From Escherichia phage vB_EcoP_ShWW44, in sequence record PQ900156.1: 64,000 bases of DNA; one strand, 5' to 3'. The stretch's first letter is position 1. Every line of letters starts with the position of its first letter. The notes beneath the pieces were generated by a model. That model was not told the DNA's origin and ran no database searches. It was given only the letters and a program-made list of their open reading frames with translations. Made by a program: the position numbers and the translations under genes. Positions 28,661 through 39,551 of this stretch are shown in pieces.

Positions 28661-31600
28661 TTAGTTAGTAAGATTGAGCCAAGGGTTCAGGTTATGGGCA
28701 CGCAAGCCTTGACCAAAACCGAAGGAGTAACCGAGGTTGCCCTGTGCAGCAATACTAAAGATGTTGTCCTGAATAGGCAAACCAACATTACCAAACATGG
28801 TAGGGGTTGGTGCTAACATAGCCATAGCAGCATGTACTGGGTTATTACGAATCATGGACACTGCAACTTTTGCAGAACGAATCTTAAAGTTGTAGAACCA
28901 CATCAGACCAACACTTTCCATATATCCACGGAAGCGACCAGGTAAACGGTCATAGTTAATGAACTCTTCTGTTACACGTCCCAGTGCCTCTTCACGAGTC
29001 TTACCTTTACGCTGAGTCAGTTCATCATAGATGATTGCTTTAGCAATAAAGTCAGAGTACTCAACTGTCTTCTGGATACCCTGGAAGAGAGCAGTATCCT
29101 TAGGGATAAGTGCATAACGACCTGCGTTACGTACAGACTTAGGCAGCTTATCAGCCAGCTTATCCATGTACTCGTGAAGTTTACCTTCAGTAATCAGGAT
29201 GTCATCACGTCCAATACCTGCGTCTGCAATTGAGGAGAACTCGCCAGCTTCCAGCAGAGGCCAGATACTTAAACGCTTATGGCTATCCGTGATGGACTGA
29301 ATCTCGGCCTTCAGCTTACGAATCTGGTTCGGGTTAGTAGCTGCACGTAATTCTGCTTCTGCATCTACCTGACGCAGACGAGATTTCAGGTACTGGTTAA
29401 TCTCAGCAGTCTTCTGTGGAATGCTCTTAGCAATGTTCTTAACAGGCACACCACGAGCAACCATCTGGTAAAGGTTAGCCAGGAAGTTAACAGCAGGTAC
29501 AACTACTGACTTAACCACAATCAGAGTCTTAGCTTCTTTAACTAAGTTCTGAACCAGGTTCTCACCACCCATTACATACTTATAGGCACGGTTACCAAAT
29601 ACACCCATCATAGCTTTCTTGAAGGTATCCAGTGTTTCTGGGGACCAGCGAGAATTACCAGACCAGGCATCACCAACAGAAGCTGCACGATAACCCAGAG
29701 CATCATTGAGCATGTCACGACGTACCCACAACTCACCTGGGCCAAACAGACTTTCTGCTTTCTGACGAGTTTCACTGTTCATCAGTTTAAGAGCATCAGC
29801 AGTCACTGGGTCCAGTTTAGAACCAAGAAGGTTAACGTACTGGGACTTATTAGATGCAGACATCTTAATGTCGTTCTCATACATGCTATGCAGGTTCTCA
29901 ATCAGCATATCGTTGAAACGCTGAGCCTTAGCTTCTTCCACCTGGCGACCACGCCATACACCGATTGCACGAGCAAGATGGTTCTCACCCTCAATATGCT
30001 TCAGCATGTTAGGGTCAATAGATTGCTCATAAGCAACTACATTACCATTGGCATCATATACAGGCAGCAGTGGTTCATTGCCACGTTCACCACGAGCCTG
30101 TGCTTTAGTGATACGGTCTACGGAAGGCTTGTCAGTAATACGACCAGCTACCATGGTTCCCATCGTAAAGCCTGTACCAAGGTCTACACCACCAGCAGTA
30201 TTTCGAACGTTCTGCAGGATACCTTGTGAGAACGGAGCCTGTGCCTGTACTGGTGCAAAGTAGTAGCTACGTGCTGGTCCACGGTTAGCAGAGCTACCTT
30301 GATATGTACCCAGACGTACATAGGATTTCTCAATCAAATCAGCAAACTGACTATCTTCAGCAACAATCAGGTTAACACCTTGCTTGCTATCACTAGGTAT
30401 ATATCCTTTGTACTGGTTCAAGGTTGCACGACTATCAGACTTAGCTTTAGCCATTTCATCTTTACGCTGACCAACCAGGTAAGAAGTAGCAAAGTCCATG
30501 CCTTCAATTTCTGTCTGAGCCAGTGAAGATAACACCTCACGGTCAGTCTTATTCATTGCTTCCAGTGCATACAGCGTAATGAGTTTATCCAGTTGAGCTA
30601 CATCTACAACGGAACGTGTAGTCTTACGTTCACCCAGTAAACGAGAAATTGCAGTAGCATTACGCAGCAGGTTATTACCAACCGTACCATTAATCATGTA
30701 CTGAGCCAGTTGCTTAGATTTACGATTAATCAGAGGCCAGTTACGTCCAGCTTGTTTCTGCAAATCTGCTTCCAGTTTATTAACCTCACGGTCAACAATC
30801 TTTTGGTCAGTCAGCAGGTCACGGATTTCATCCAGAGACATAGTATCTCGCAGAACAGCTAAGTCAGTTTTACCCATACCAGTATGCATTGCTTTCCACT
30901 CATCATTGGTCAGCTTACGGCTGAACTTAGATGCGATAGTGGTAGGCAAATGTTCACGGAACTGTTGACGGTCAGCCTGTACCTGTGCACGTACTGCTTT
31001 AATCAAATCATATACAGAAGCATTGCTCTTAGTACGTCCGATTATGTCATTAACCAGGTCATGGAAAGGCTGCCATACTTTACCCTGGTTCATTGCAGCC
31101 ATAACACCTTCAGCTACGATTGAACCATTCTTCTCTGTAGCAATAGCAGCTACCAATTGTGCAGCATGAGCAGCACCTTTAACCAATGGGTTCTTGGTAT
31201 TAGCTGCAACTTCACGAGCACCTTCCAAAGCACGGGTAGACAGTACATCAATAGAGTCCACCAGATACTGGTTAGCACGGTCGATAGCATTACCAGTAGG
31301 TGTAGCAACGGAATCATAGAAGGACTCTGCATTAAGACTGGTCTGCATGATTGTCTGAGCCAGTGCATCCATACCTTCCTGTACGTTAGTAGCTTTAGTA
31401 TCACCTGCTACACGAGCATTCAGACTAGCCATTGCAGCAGTACCGATGTTAGTCAGCATTGCGTCAACAGTATTGCCAGATTTCTTATCTGCTTTCATAA
31501 CAGGAATGTCAGCCAGTACCTTACGTACTTCTTCACTTACCATTGCCAGACCAACAAAGGTAGGCAATAAAGAAGAGCGACCCTGTGCATCAAACTCAAT

Positions 31601-34600
31601 GTTGTTAGCACCCATGATGGTATCGAACTTCTGCTGTGCATAGTAACGGTCAGCAGGGTTAGTACTATCTGGGTCAGCCATGAACGATTCAACAGTTAGG
31701 TTCTTAGTAACATGTGTGTAGTATTCCTGTGCACGAGCCATAGCAGCAGGGTTAATAGCAGCCTCAGTAGCCAGTGCAGCAACGATGTTAGTGAAGAGAC
31801 GCTGTTCCTGCATATTCATGGTGAAGCCATGGGCCTGAACATCACGGGTTACTTTGGTTGCATTTACTACTGCATCAGAGAACTTACCTTTACGAATTAC
31901 TTGCTGTACTGGTTCTGAACCAATGTAGTCAGTAATCAGCTTATCAAAGGTCTTACCTAACTCTTCCAGACGAGTATTGTCACCATATGCTTTGTTATGG
32001 AACAGGGTAGTGTCTTTGGCTACAGCAGCAGTAGGAGCTTGTCCACGCATTACTACAGCAGAGTTAAACAGTAGGCCAGAGAACATATCATCTGCATTAG
32101 CCGGAGCTTTCTTACGTCCAAATACCAGACGCTTGATTGCTTCATATACAGCCTGAACCATAGCTTTAAGTGCAGTGGTTTTCTTCTGCTTACCAATCAG
32201 TTCACGGTTGGTTAAACCCCAGGCCATGTACTCATTTAGTGCAGCAGCTTTAGCCATTGCTGGTTCAATAAAGCCATTGGACAGGTGACCGTTAATGGTA
32301 TTGAGTGCATCAGCATATGCTTCACGTACTGCCGGAGATTCATCCTTAACATCCAGAGCACGAAACTGGTTCATCAGGTCTTCAATATTCTGAACTGCTT
32401 CATTAGGAGTACCTTCATAATGAGCCAGTACAGATTCAAAAGTAGAGGCATGTACCAACTCATGAACCAGAGTCTCTAAGGAAGGGGTAACTAAATAGAT
32501 GGTCTTATCTTCAAAGTTAGTCCAGCCGTATGCATTACCAGCTTCAGCAGCTTCAATATCTTCCGGTGCTGGGCGAGTAATATTCTTCTCAATAGCATAG
32601 GCATCCAATTGAGCAGGTGTACCATAAACAACCTTATAGTCTTTAGCAGCGAGAGATTTCTGTATTTCTTTCAGTACTGCTTGCTGTTCAGGAGACATCT
32701 CTTTAGCCAGCTTAGAGATAGCAGTATTAGACAGCAGACGTACACCAGACTTCAGTACACGACCAACCTGTTCCATTGCTGGTACTTCTTTCACTGGTTC
32801 TGCTTTAGTAGCACGTACTGCATCACGACGCTTGTTTAATTCAGCATCAAACAGTTCGTTTAGCTTAGCTACTTGCTGGTCTACAGTAAGACCTTCCAGA
32901 GAGATTTTACCGTTGTTCACATAAGGAGCACCAACAGCAGCCATCTGGTCAACGGTGACTTGTACCTGGTCCATTACCTTGTGACGAATATCTACACCCA
33001 AAGCAATGTTACGCAGATTGCGTTCAATTAATGCAATACCAGAATCTTTAATCATAGAAATTTTATAATCTCTATCACCATCTACTCTGGTAATCTGAGC
33101 ACGCTGGTCATACTCCAGAGCAGATTTAGCGATAGCCTGTTTGGTTTCATCAGACAGTTTGCTGAAATCTACGTTCTTATGAAACTTAGCAAAGGAGTCA
33201 TAAACATTCTTGATAGGATTACCCTGCCAGGAAGTATATACAGCCTCATTAGCTTTACGACTTGCGTCAGTGATGTCATTGATACCAATGTTCATACCAT
33301 CAAAGATTTTCAGGGTATTCTTCGGAGCACCTTTCATAGTAGAAAGGGTCTGCATCATCATGCCATCACCAGTACCGATGGTCATAAACGGAATACCTGC
33401 AACACCTGCCTGTGAAGGAGCATAGATGCTCATTGGCACACGCATACGGTCATCTAAGTTGGTAGCCAATACTTGGTTAGCAACATCAGTATTCTCGCTA
33501 CCAGCAATGTAGAAAGTCTGGGAACCAGTCTCAATCATTGGAGCCAGTGGAGATAAGTGATTCTGAATTTCATTCAGTTCTTTCTGAGTTAAGAAATCAC
33601 CTTTCTTCCATGTTGGGTCTTTTTCTTTTTCTGCCAGTTTAGCCTGTACTGCCTGTTGGAACATATCCTGCAATACCAGTGATTGAATCTGAGTAGCCTT
33701 CTGCAAATTTTCAGTAGAGTACATCAGACCTTCACCAACAGTATTTCGGATACCATGTCGCATTGGCTCAACGAACAAGTGAAGCATGTTCTCTTGTAAG
33801 TTCTTCAGAGCATTACCGGATACAGTAAACTTCTGAGGGTCTAATTTACCGGTCAGAGCACCTTCTACCTGCTGAATAGACAACTCACCTTTACGCATAA
33901 CTGGAACATTGCCAGTTAGTGCTTCCATAGAAGTAAGGAAAGTATCCAGCATAGCCTGAGCATCGGCCTCAGACGCAGCCTCCTTACCAAACATAGCCAT
34001 AGCCGGGGAAATGCTAGGGTCAGCAGCACGGGCTTGCAGAACGTCACTGAAGCGTTCATAGATGGTATCAGTAATTGCACTAACCATTTTGCCAGCAATA
34101 CCACGAGCACCTGAACCATAAATGGTAATGGTCAGTGGGTTTTTAGCGATACCGCGTTTCAGGTCCAGAGTACCATCTTCCTTAAGATTGAAGTCTTTAA
34201 TGAATAGGTCCATTAACTTCTGGAGATGCTTCATCTGGTTCGTAACAGGAACGTTGTTACGATAAGTATTACGCAATTCATTCAGATGCCTTTGTAGACT
34301 ATTAGTGGATGCTTCATACAGGTCAACGCTGTCCTCATGCGAATGATGCTCGTTCATAGTCTTGCCAGCTTTACCGAAGAACAAGCCACCTTTAGCAGTA
34401 TTCTTAATCCAGTCTGGAGTGAACTTACCACCCGTCATTAATACCATTGCGTTGATTGGTCCGTTGGTTACACCATCAGCTTCAACGTACAGTGGGGTAT
34501 TAAAGTTGGCACGGTCATCACTGTTAAGATAACAGGCATACTCCATCAGAGCCATGAGAGCTACAAATGATTTATCATTACCCAAAGGGGTCTTCAGAAT

Positions 34601-37600
34601 ATCCACAGCATCAGTAGGTAAGTGCCCAGACTTATCAAACTCAACCATCATATCAACGGCAGGTTTCAATTTACCTTCCAGAGCTTTAGTCAGCTCATCC
34701 GACATAACTTCACGGGACATTTTATGAACTTTGATACCCAATGCCTGAGCCAGTCCAAGCTGGAAGTCAGAGAAGTCTTGACTGTTTTCATTACTTAAGT
34801 CGATGGTAGAGAAAGTTGGTAGGATTGCTTCACGTACCAGCTTAGCTGATTGTGGGTTGTTCTTACCAAGCATCTGCATACGACCTACACGGGTCATGTT
34901 GTAGCCGTAGTGAATAGGTGTAGTGCCAATGTCTTCTCTCTGTTCCTTAATCTGATTGATAACACCAAACAATGGAATCTTTGCATGGACTACGGACAGG
35001 TTCTTACCTTCCAGAGATTTAGCAGTATTCACATTCAGCAATTCTGGGGTAAGAGCACCAGCACCCATCAGTTCCAGAATGTTGTCACGACCCATTGCTT
35101 CATAGAAGTTAACCATAGGCATATGTACACGGAACTCTGTAGCCTGTTCTGCCTTAAGGGCAGCTTTCTGTTCCGGGGTATTCTTAACAGCCGGGTTACG
35201 TAACTGAGTTTGAGCCACAGAAGGGATATCATCACCCAGGTACAGTTTCTCTTCTGGTTCTAAAAGGACAGCTTCCTCAATAGCAGTAGGGAATTTGTTA
35301 ATGGCATCGTTATCATCTAACTTCTCAATGGTATACAGACCAACAGTCTTATTAGATTCTGGGTCAATCTCAGACACATCCAGCATAGACTCTTTAACTT
35401 CACCCATCTCAATGAGAGAAGACAGAATCTCTGTAGCCATTGCCATTGGGATACCCTTGGTATAACCCAGAGGTGCATTAGGATTACGATTAAGTCCCCA
35501 GTAAGATTCAATCTTTTGAGCCAATGAGTTAGTAGCTTCAACCAGAGTCTGAGCATTCTCGAAGTCAGCCAGAATACCTTCAGGTAACAGGGATGCTTCT
35601 ACACCAGTAATAGCAGCTACGTCTTTCATGTCTTTAATGGCAGCATTCTGTGTAGCAGTTAATCGCCATTGCAGACCAGCAAGTACAGCAGTCTCTAACA
35701 ACTGGTCATTGAACTTAAAGGTGTCACCATCTTTCTCTACGATGTTAAGTAACTTACCACCTACCCAACGGTTGGCCTCAGTACCTTCTGCAAAACGTTT
35801 ACCAACGTTCTTGTTAGAAAGGAACTTAGCAAGACGGTCAGACAGAGTAGTCTTCAGAGTTTCACCAAAATCAAACAAGTCCTGATAACGCTTAATCACA
35901 TCACTTGTGAGAGCGTTATTTTCTTTTTGAGTAAATGCTTCAAAGCGAGCAGCAGAAGACAGTGCTTTCTTAACATCAGTCAAAGGAGACACAGAACCAA
36001 TGGTACGAGACTTAGGTTCTTCTGGCAGAGAAAATGCTTTAAGGAACTGGTTCGGTGTCTTGTCATTGTTATAGACAGGGAACACTGTTTCCATTTCCGA
36101 TAGAGGTTTACCACCAACAGTATAGTCTGCTTTCAGTTGAGCCAGTGATACTTCTTCTTTCTCAACGTTATTGGTATTAAGCCCAGATGTATCTACACCA
36201 ATCTGAATCAGTGCATTGTTTGCTTCTACGAATGATTGAACAGTATTGAATTGTTCAGCAGTTAGCTTCTGATTATCAAACAATTGCAGAGATACGAACG
36301 GTTGCTCACTACCTTTATAGAAAGTAGAACGTACAGCACCAGTATCCAGAGACATGTCACGATAACCATCATGACCAAATACGTCAGACAGACTGATATG
36401 GTCGCCATTGGAACCAACAACAGTACCATCAGCGAATAGCCATGGACTATCTCTACGGTCACCATACTTATTAAGAGTATCTTGTGAAATAGTATTCTCT
36501 TTCACATAAGAATCTCTTTCAGATTCAGTAGGCTGTTCAACGATATCCTGTTTTTCAGACTGGTTCTCAGGTTCTTTTACAGTCTGTGGTTTAGACTCTT
36601 TAATAGTAGGTTCTGTTTTAACAGCTTCACTAACAGAGGGTTTAGTCTGTACAGTAGGGGTAACTGGTTCCTGTTTCGTAACAGGAGTTTCATCAACCTG
36701 ATTCACTGGTTCATTAGTCTGTTGGGATTGAGCAGCATCAAGATTGCCCTGACGGAACTCTTTAACTACCTGGGCAGCAGGTTTGTCCAGACGTGAATCC
36801 AATGGGGTAACTTTCACATGAGAAACATTAAGCTCCGGGTAAGCCGTAGCAAGTGCGTTAGCAATATCAGCTACGGTTTTGGCCTCCAGTCCTACTTGCT
36901 GGGCAAACTTAACAGACTTGGTATCATACGGATTGACACCGAGGCCAGTACGACTACGTACCCATTCACGCGAGGGAGTAAGAGCCTGATAATGGACAGA
37001 CTTATTCTTATCCGCATTCCCAGAAATCAGATGCTCATTCAACGCTCCGACCTTATTCTGCATGTGCTGGGCGAACTTCATAAAGTCGTCGAGATAAGCG
37101 GAGGCCAAATCGAAGTTACCAGAGTTGTACGCAGAACGAATGCGTTTAGCATGTTGCAACGCAGAGTACTGGCCTTCATTAGAACGAGATTCGTCGGTTT
37201 TAATCTGTTTACTAACAATGTCTTGAGGACGTAAGCCTAGTTCTTCTGCTTTAGCGTCAAATTCTCGTGCTCCTTGCAATAGAGCAGCAGCAGATTGCAG
37301 GGCAGCACGCTGACGATTCCCCAGTGTAATCTTACCTTCACTTGCATGTTTCAGAACCATGTTCACTGAATCTGCATCCAGTACTTCTGGAGACATATCA
37401 GCAGCCATAGCAATGTTGTTTGCCTGGGCTTGGTTAGCTTCTTCGGTAGCTTTCAGTTTACCTGCTTCAGCCTGTTCCTGAATCATGGAATGGATGGCAC
37501 GGAATGCACGGAGTACCTTCGGTGTATTCTGTACATTAGCCATCAGACCAGAGAACTGGTCAACGATATTAGCAGCAGGAGAACCCTGTTCCAGATTAGC

Positions 37601-39448
37601 CAGAGCACCCGGGTCACGGTTAATGAAGCTATCCATAGACATAATGTTGTCATACATCTGGATTGCAGCTTCCATTTGAACGTTAGGGTCTTCGGCAGTA
37701 TTAACCAGGTCAGCCATCTTCTGAATAGCTTCAACACGGTTAGTGGAACCAGAAACAGCTTCACGGATTGCTGGACTAGCTTGCTCCAGTTCTACTGGGT
37801 CAAACTTCATTACCTGAGTTAAGTCAGCAGCATACTGTGTAGCAGCAGCTTTCTCTTCAGGAGAAATATCCATTGCATCCACTGCTTCCTGAACAGTTGC
37901 TTGTGCTTGTTCTGCCTGAGCAGTAGCTTCTTGTGCAGCAGCGTTAACCGTAGCGTCTGATACAGGGGATGCTTGTTCGTTACGCTTAGCAACTTCTTCA
38001 CCACGCTGAACCAGGATGTTAGTAATAGGAGAAGCTACTTTTGCTAGTGCCTTACCAGCCAAAGAAGCACCAGCCAGGGTAGTACGTACAGCAGGACCAA
38101 CGGCAGCACCAGCAGCCTTAACAGTTGCACCAGGAGCTTGAGCAACTCCAGCAGAACCAAAGCCATACAATGCACCAAGACCAGTTTGTTCACCCACACC
38201 TTTAAGCAAATCACGCTTAGCATCTACATTACCCTGAATTGCCTTGTTCTGTGCGAACTGACTTGTACCAGACTGGATACCTTCTTCTACAGTCTCACGC
38301 AACATGTTAGAACCAGCACCAACCAGTGAACCTACCTTAAGTGGGTTAAGTTCAAACTTGGATACCAGTGGACCAGTAAGAGCAGCAACCGGAGCAGTTA
38401 AGCCAGCAGCAGTGATACCTGTTTCAGACGCAGTTTGACGACGTGCTTCTTCAGGAGATAAACCATCTTTAATATGCTGTTGGTATACAGGGGATTTAGC
38501 AGCCAGTTCACTGAACGGCATTTCCATAATTTCATTAGCAGTCTGTTGGTATGCTCCACCAGCTTCCATTCCACCAATTGCTATAGCAGGCGCAGCAACA
38601 CGACCAGTAGCCATTGCAACCTGTGCAGGACGTGAACCTAACTCAGCAGCTAGGGTAATACCCTTAACAGCTTTATCACCACCTACCATTACTTTACCGA
38701 GAGCAGATACACCACGGATAAGTGGACCACCGGTAAACAGAGAACCAACACCCTCAGCCAGACCATCTGTAGCAGCCATGCCATTGGACAAAGTGTTAGC
38801 AACTGAATCGTAAGCATCACGACCAATGCGAGACAGAGAAGCAACGAGTTCACTTTCTCCTTTATCAATATCCTGCTTATAGAGTTTCTCGTTTTCCTGA
38901 GCAGATATTACGTTCTGGTTCTGTACTACATTACGACGAGCATTCAGTGCATCAGACTGTAGGTTGTGTACACCTTTATTCAACCAGTCAAGACCGGAAG
39001 CAATGGATGCCCCGGCATTATCATTGACCAAACCTGTACCAAGAGCAGCAATGCCCCCAAGGGTATTAGCAACACCAAGACCAACACCAGAAAGGGTATC
39101 ACCAAGTGCTTCACCATATGTACGACTCTTAGTTAAATCACGACGAACAGCATTAGCTGCATTGACACGAGCATTGAGAATATCCATTCCTTGCTCATTG
39201 CCATACTTGTTTATGATTTCAAGAGGGGAGGCATTAGTAAAATCTGCCTGAATAGAACCTGGTTCAAATGCACCAGCACCTAAATCACCGGCACGGCCTG
39301 CCTGTAACTGGTAGGCGTTCTGTGGGGTTAATTGGAAAGGGCTTTGCCCTTGTTCAGCTTGTTTCCGAGAGGTTGCAGTAGAGACATCGACTTGCTTAGC
39401 AGTAGTGATGCTGTCTGCGAAACCTGCCAGACGGTCAAATGTTGACAT
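28661..39448 (-). CDS. giant virion-encapsidated RNA polymerase (N4 vRNAP-like)
   Basis: About 3600 aa; T7-like motif A YVEADGVTNGP, motif B RGIAKNPLTITIYGSG, motif C LKIFDGMNIG with the A and C aspartates about 392 residues apart; track start 39466 is TTG, ATG with AGGAA RBS is at 39448. Confidence 0.85.
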   Translation of the reverse strand: MSTFDRLAGFADSITTAKQVDVSTATSRKQAEQGQSPFQLTPQNAYQLQAGRAGDLGAGAFEPGSIQADFTNASPLEIINKYGNEQGMDILNARVNAANAVRRDLTKSRTYGEALGDTLSGVGLGVANTLGGIAALGTGLVNDNAGASIASGLDWLNKGVHNLQSDALNARRNVVQNQNVISAQENEKLYKQDIDKGESELVASLSRIGRDAYDSVANTLSNGMAATDGLAEGVGSLFTGGPLIRGVSALGKVMVGGDKAVKGITLAAELGSRPAQVAMATGRVAAPAIAIGGMEAGGAYQQTANEIMEMPFSELAAKSPVYQQHIKDGLSPEEARRQTASETGITAAGLTAPVAALTGPLVSKFELNPLKVGSLVGAGSNMLRETVEEGIQSGTSQFAQNKAIQGNVDAKRDLLKGVGEQTGLGALYGFGSAGVAQAPGATVKAAGAAVGPAVRTTLAGASLAGKALAKVASPITNILVQRGEEVAKRNEQASPVSDATVNAAAQEATAQAEQAQATVQEAVDAMDISPEEKAAATQYAADLTQVMKFDPVELEQASPAIREAVSGSTNRVEAIQKMADLVNTAEDPNVQMEAAIQMYDNIMSMDSFINRDPGALANLEQGSPAANIVDQFSGLMANVQNTPKVLRAFRAIHSMIQEQAEAGKLKATEEANQAQANNIAMAADMSPEVLDADSVNMVLKHASEGKITLGNRQRAALQSAAALLQGAREFDAKAEELGLRPQDIVSKQIKTDESRSNEGQYSALQHAKRIRSAYNSGNFDLASAYLDDFMKFAQHMQNKVGALNEHLISGNADKNKSVHYQALTPSREWVRSRTGLGVNPYDTKSVKFAQQVGLEAKTVADIANALATAYPELNVSHVKVTPLDSRLDKPAAQVVKEFRQGNLDAAQSQQTNEPVNQVDETPVTKQEPVTPTVQTKPSVSEAVKTEPTIKESKPQTVKEPENQSEKQDIVEQPTESERDSYVKENTISQDTLNKYGDRRDSPWLFADGTVVGSNGDHISLSDVFGHDGYRDMSLDTGAVRSTFYKGSEQPFVSLQLFDNQKLTAEQFNTVQSFVEANNALIQIGVDTSGLNTNNVEKEEVSLAQLKADYTVGGKPLSEMETVFPVYNNDKTPNQFLKAFSLPEEPKSRTIGSVSPLTDVKKALSSAARFEAFTQKENNALTSDVIKRYQDLFDFGETLKTTLSDRLAKFLSNKNVGKRFAEGTEANRWVGGKLLNIVEKDGDTFKFNDQLLETAVLAGLQWRLTATQNAAIKDMKDVAAITGVEASLLPEGILADFENAQTLVEATNSLAQKIESYWGLNRNPNAPLGYTKGIPMAMATEILSSLIEMGEVKESMLDVSEIDPESNKTVGLYTIEKLDDNDAINKFPTAIEEAVLLEPEEKLYLGDDIPSVAQTQLRNPAVKNTPEQKAALKAEQATEFRVHMPMVNFYEAMGRDNILELMGAGALTPELLNVNTAKSLEGKNLSVVHAKIPLFGVINQIKEQREDIGTTPIHYGYNMTRVGRMQMLGKNNPQSAKLVREAILPTFSTIDLSNENSQDFSDFQLGLAQALGIKVHKMSREVMSDELTKALEGKLKPAVDMMVEFDKSGHLPTDAVDILKTPLGNDKSFVALMALMEYACYLNSDDRANFNTPLYVEADGVTNGPINAMVLMTGGKFTPDWIKNTAKGGLFFGKAGKTMNEHHSHEDSVDLYEASTNSLQRHLNELRNTYRNNVPVTNQMKHLQKLMDLFIKDFNLKEDGTLDLKRGIAKNPLTITIYGSGARGIAGKMVSAITDTIYERFSDVLQARAADPSISPAMAMFGKEAASEADAQAMLDTFLTSMEALTGNVPVMRKGELSIQQVEGALTGKLDPQKFTVSGNALKNLQENMLHLFVEPMRHGIRNTVGEGLMYSTENLQKATQIQSLVLQDMFQQAVQAKLAEKEKDPTWKKGDFLTQKELNEIQNHLSPLAPMIETGSQTFYIAGSENTDVANQVLATNLDDRMRVPMSIYAPSQAGVAGIPFMTIGTGDGMMMQTLSTMKGAPKNTLKIFDGMNIGINDITDASRKANEAVYTSWQGNPIKNVYDSFAKFHKNVDFSKLSDETKQAIAKSALEYDQRAQITRVDGDRDYKISMIKDSGIALIERNLRNIALGVDIRHKVMDQVQVTVDQMAAVGAPYVNNGKISLEGLTVDQQVAKLNELFDAELNKRRDAVRATKAEPVKEVPAMEQVGRVLKSGVRLLSNTAISKLAKEMSPEQQAVLKEIQKSLAAKDYKVVYGTPAQLDAYAIEKNITRPAPEDIEAAEAGNAYGWTNFEDKTIYLVTPSLETLVHELVHASTFESVLAHYEGTPNEAVQNIEDLMNQFRALDVKDESPAVREAYADALNTINGHLSNGFIEPAMAKAAALNEYMAWGLTNRELIGKQKKTTALKAMVQAVYEAIKRLVFGRKKAPANADDMFSGLLFNSAVVMRGQAPTAAVAKDTTLFHNKAYGDNTRLEELGKTFDKLITDYIGSEPVQQVIRKGKFSDAVVNATKVTRDVQAHGFTMNMQEQRLFTNIVAALATEAAINPAAMARAQEYYTHVTKNLTVESFMADPDSTNPADRYYAQQKFDTIMGANNIEFDAQGRSSLLPTFVGLAMVSEEVRKVLADIPVMKADKKSGNTVDAMLTNIGTAAMASLNARVAGDTKATNVQEGMDALAQTIMQTSLNAESFYDSVATPTGNAIDRANQYLVDSIDVLSTRALEGAREVAANTKNPLVKGAAHAAQLVAAIATEKNGSIVAEGVMAAMNQGKVWQPFHDLVNDIIGRTKSNASVYDLIKAVRAQVQADRQQFREHLPTTIASKFSRKLTNDEWKAMHTGMGKTDLAVLRDTMSLDEIRDLLTDQKIVDREVNKLEADLQKQAGRNWPLINRKSKQLAQYMINGTVGNNLLRNATAISRLLGERKTTRSVVDVAQLDKLITLYALEAMNKTDREVLSSLAQTEIEGMDFATSYLVGQRKDEMAKAKSDSRATLNQYKGYIPSDSKQGVNLIVAEDSQFADLIEKSYVRLGTYQGSSANRGPARSYYFAPVQAQAPFSQGILQNVRNTAGGVDLGTGFTMGTMVAGRITDKPSVDRITKAQARGERGNEPLLPVYDANGNVVAYEQSIDPNMLKHIEGENHLARAIGVWRGRQVEEAKAQRFNDMLIENLHSMYENDIKMSASNKSQYVNLLGSKLDPVTADALKLMNSETRQKAESLFGPGELWVRRDMLNDALGYRAASVGDAWSGNSRWSPETLDTFKKAMMGVFGNRAYKYVMGGENLVQNLVKEAKTLIVVKSVVVPAVNFLANLYQMVARGVPVKNIAKSIPQKTAEINQYLKSRLRQVDAEAELRAATNPNQIRKLKAEIQSITDSHKRLSIWPLLEAGEFSSIADAGIGRDDILITEGKLHEYMDKLADKLPKSVRNAGRYALIPKDTALFQGIQKTVEYSDFIAKAIIYDELTQRKGKTREEALGRVTEEFINYDRLPGRFRGYMESVGLMWFYNFKIRSAKVAVSMIRNNPVHAAMAMLAPTPTMFGNVGLPIQDNIFSIAAQGNLGYSFGFGQGLRAHNLNPWLNLTN

Positions 39449-39517
39449 AGCAAGATTCCTGTTCAAACTTATATCGTATAAGAAGATTCACTGTACAGTA
39501 AGTGAATGTAAGAGAAA

Positions 39518-39533
39518 AGCCCCGGATGGGGCT
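39518..39533 (-). terminator. intrinsic terminator immediately upstream of the vRNAP gene
   Basis: AGCCCC-ggat-GGGGCT hairpin with U-tracts on both strands. Confidence 0.55.
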
Positions 39534-39551
39534 TTATTAGTATGTAAGATT

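Noticed and set aside
29888-39251. Many 60-140 aa plus-strand ORFs inside the vRNAP gene, and similar antisense ORFs inside other large genes
   Set aside because: All are nested antisense within long, motif-supported genes and lack RBS; treated as spurious.
39449-39466. Track start of the vRNAP ORF at 39466
   Set aside because: Codon at 39466 is TTG with no RBS; ATG six codons downstream (39448) has an AGGAA RBS, so the shorter start was preferred.
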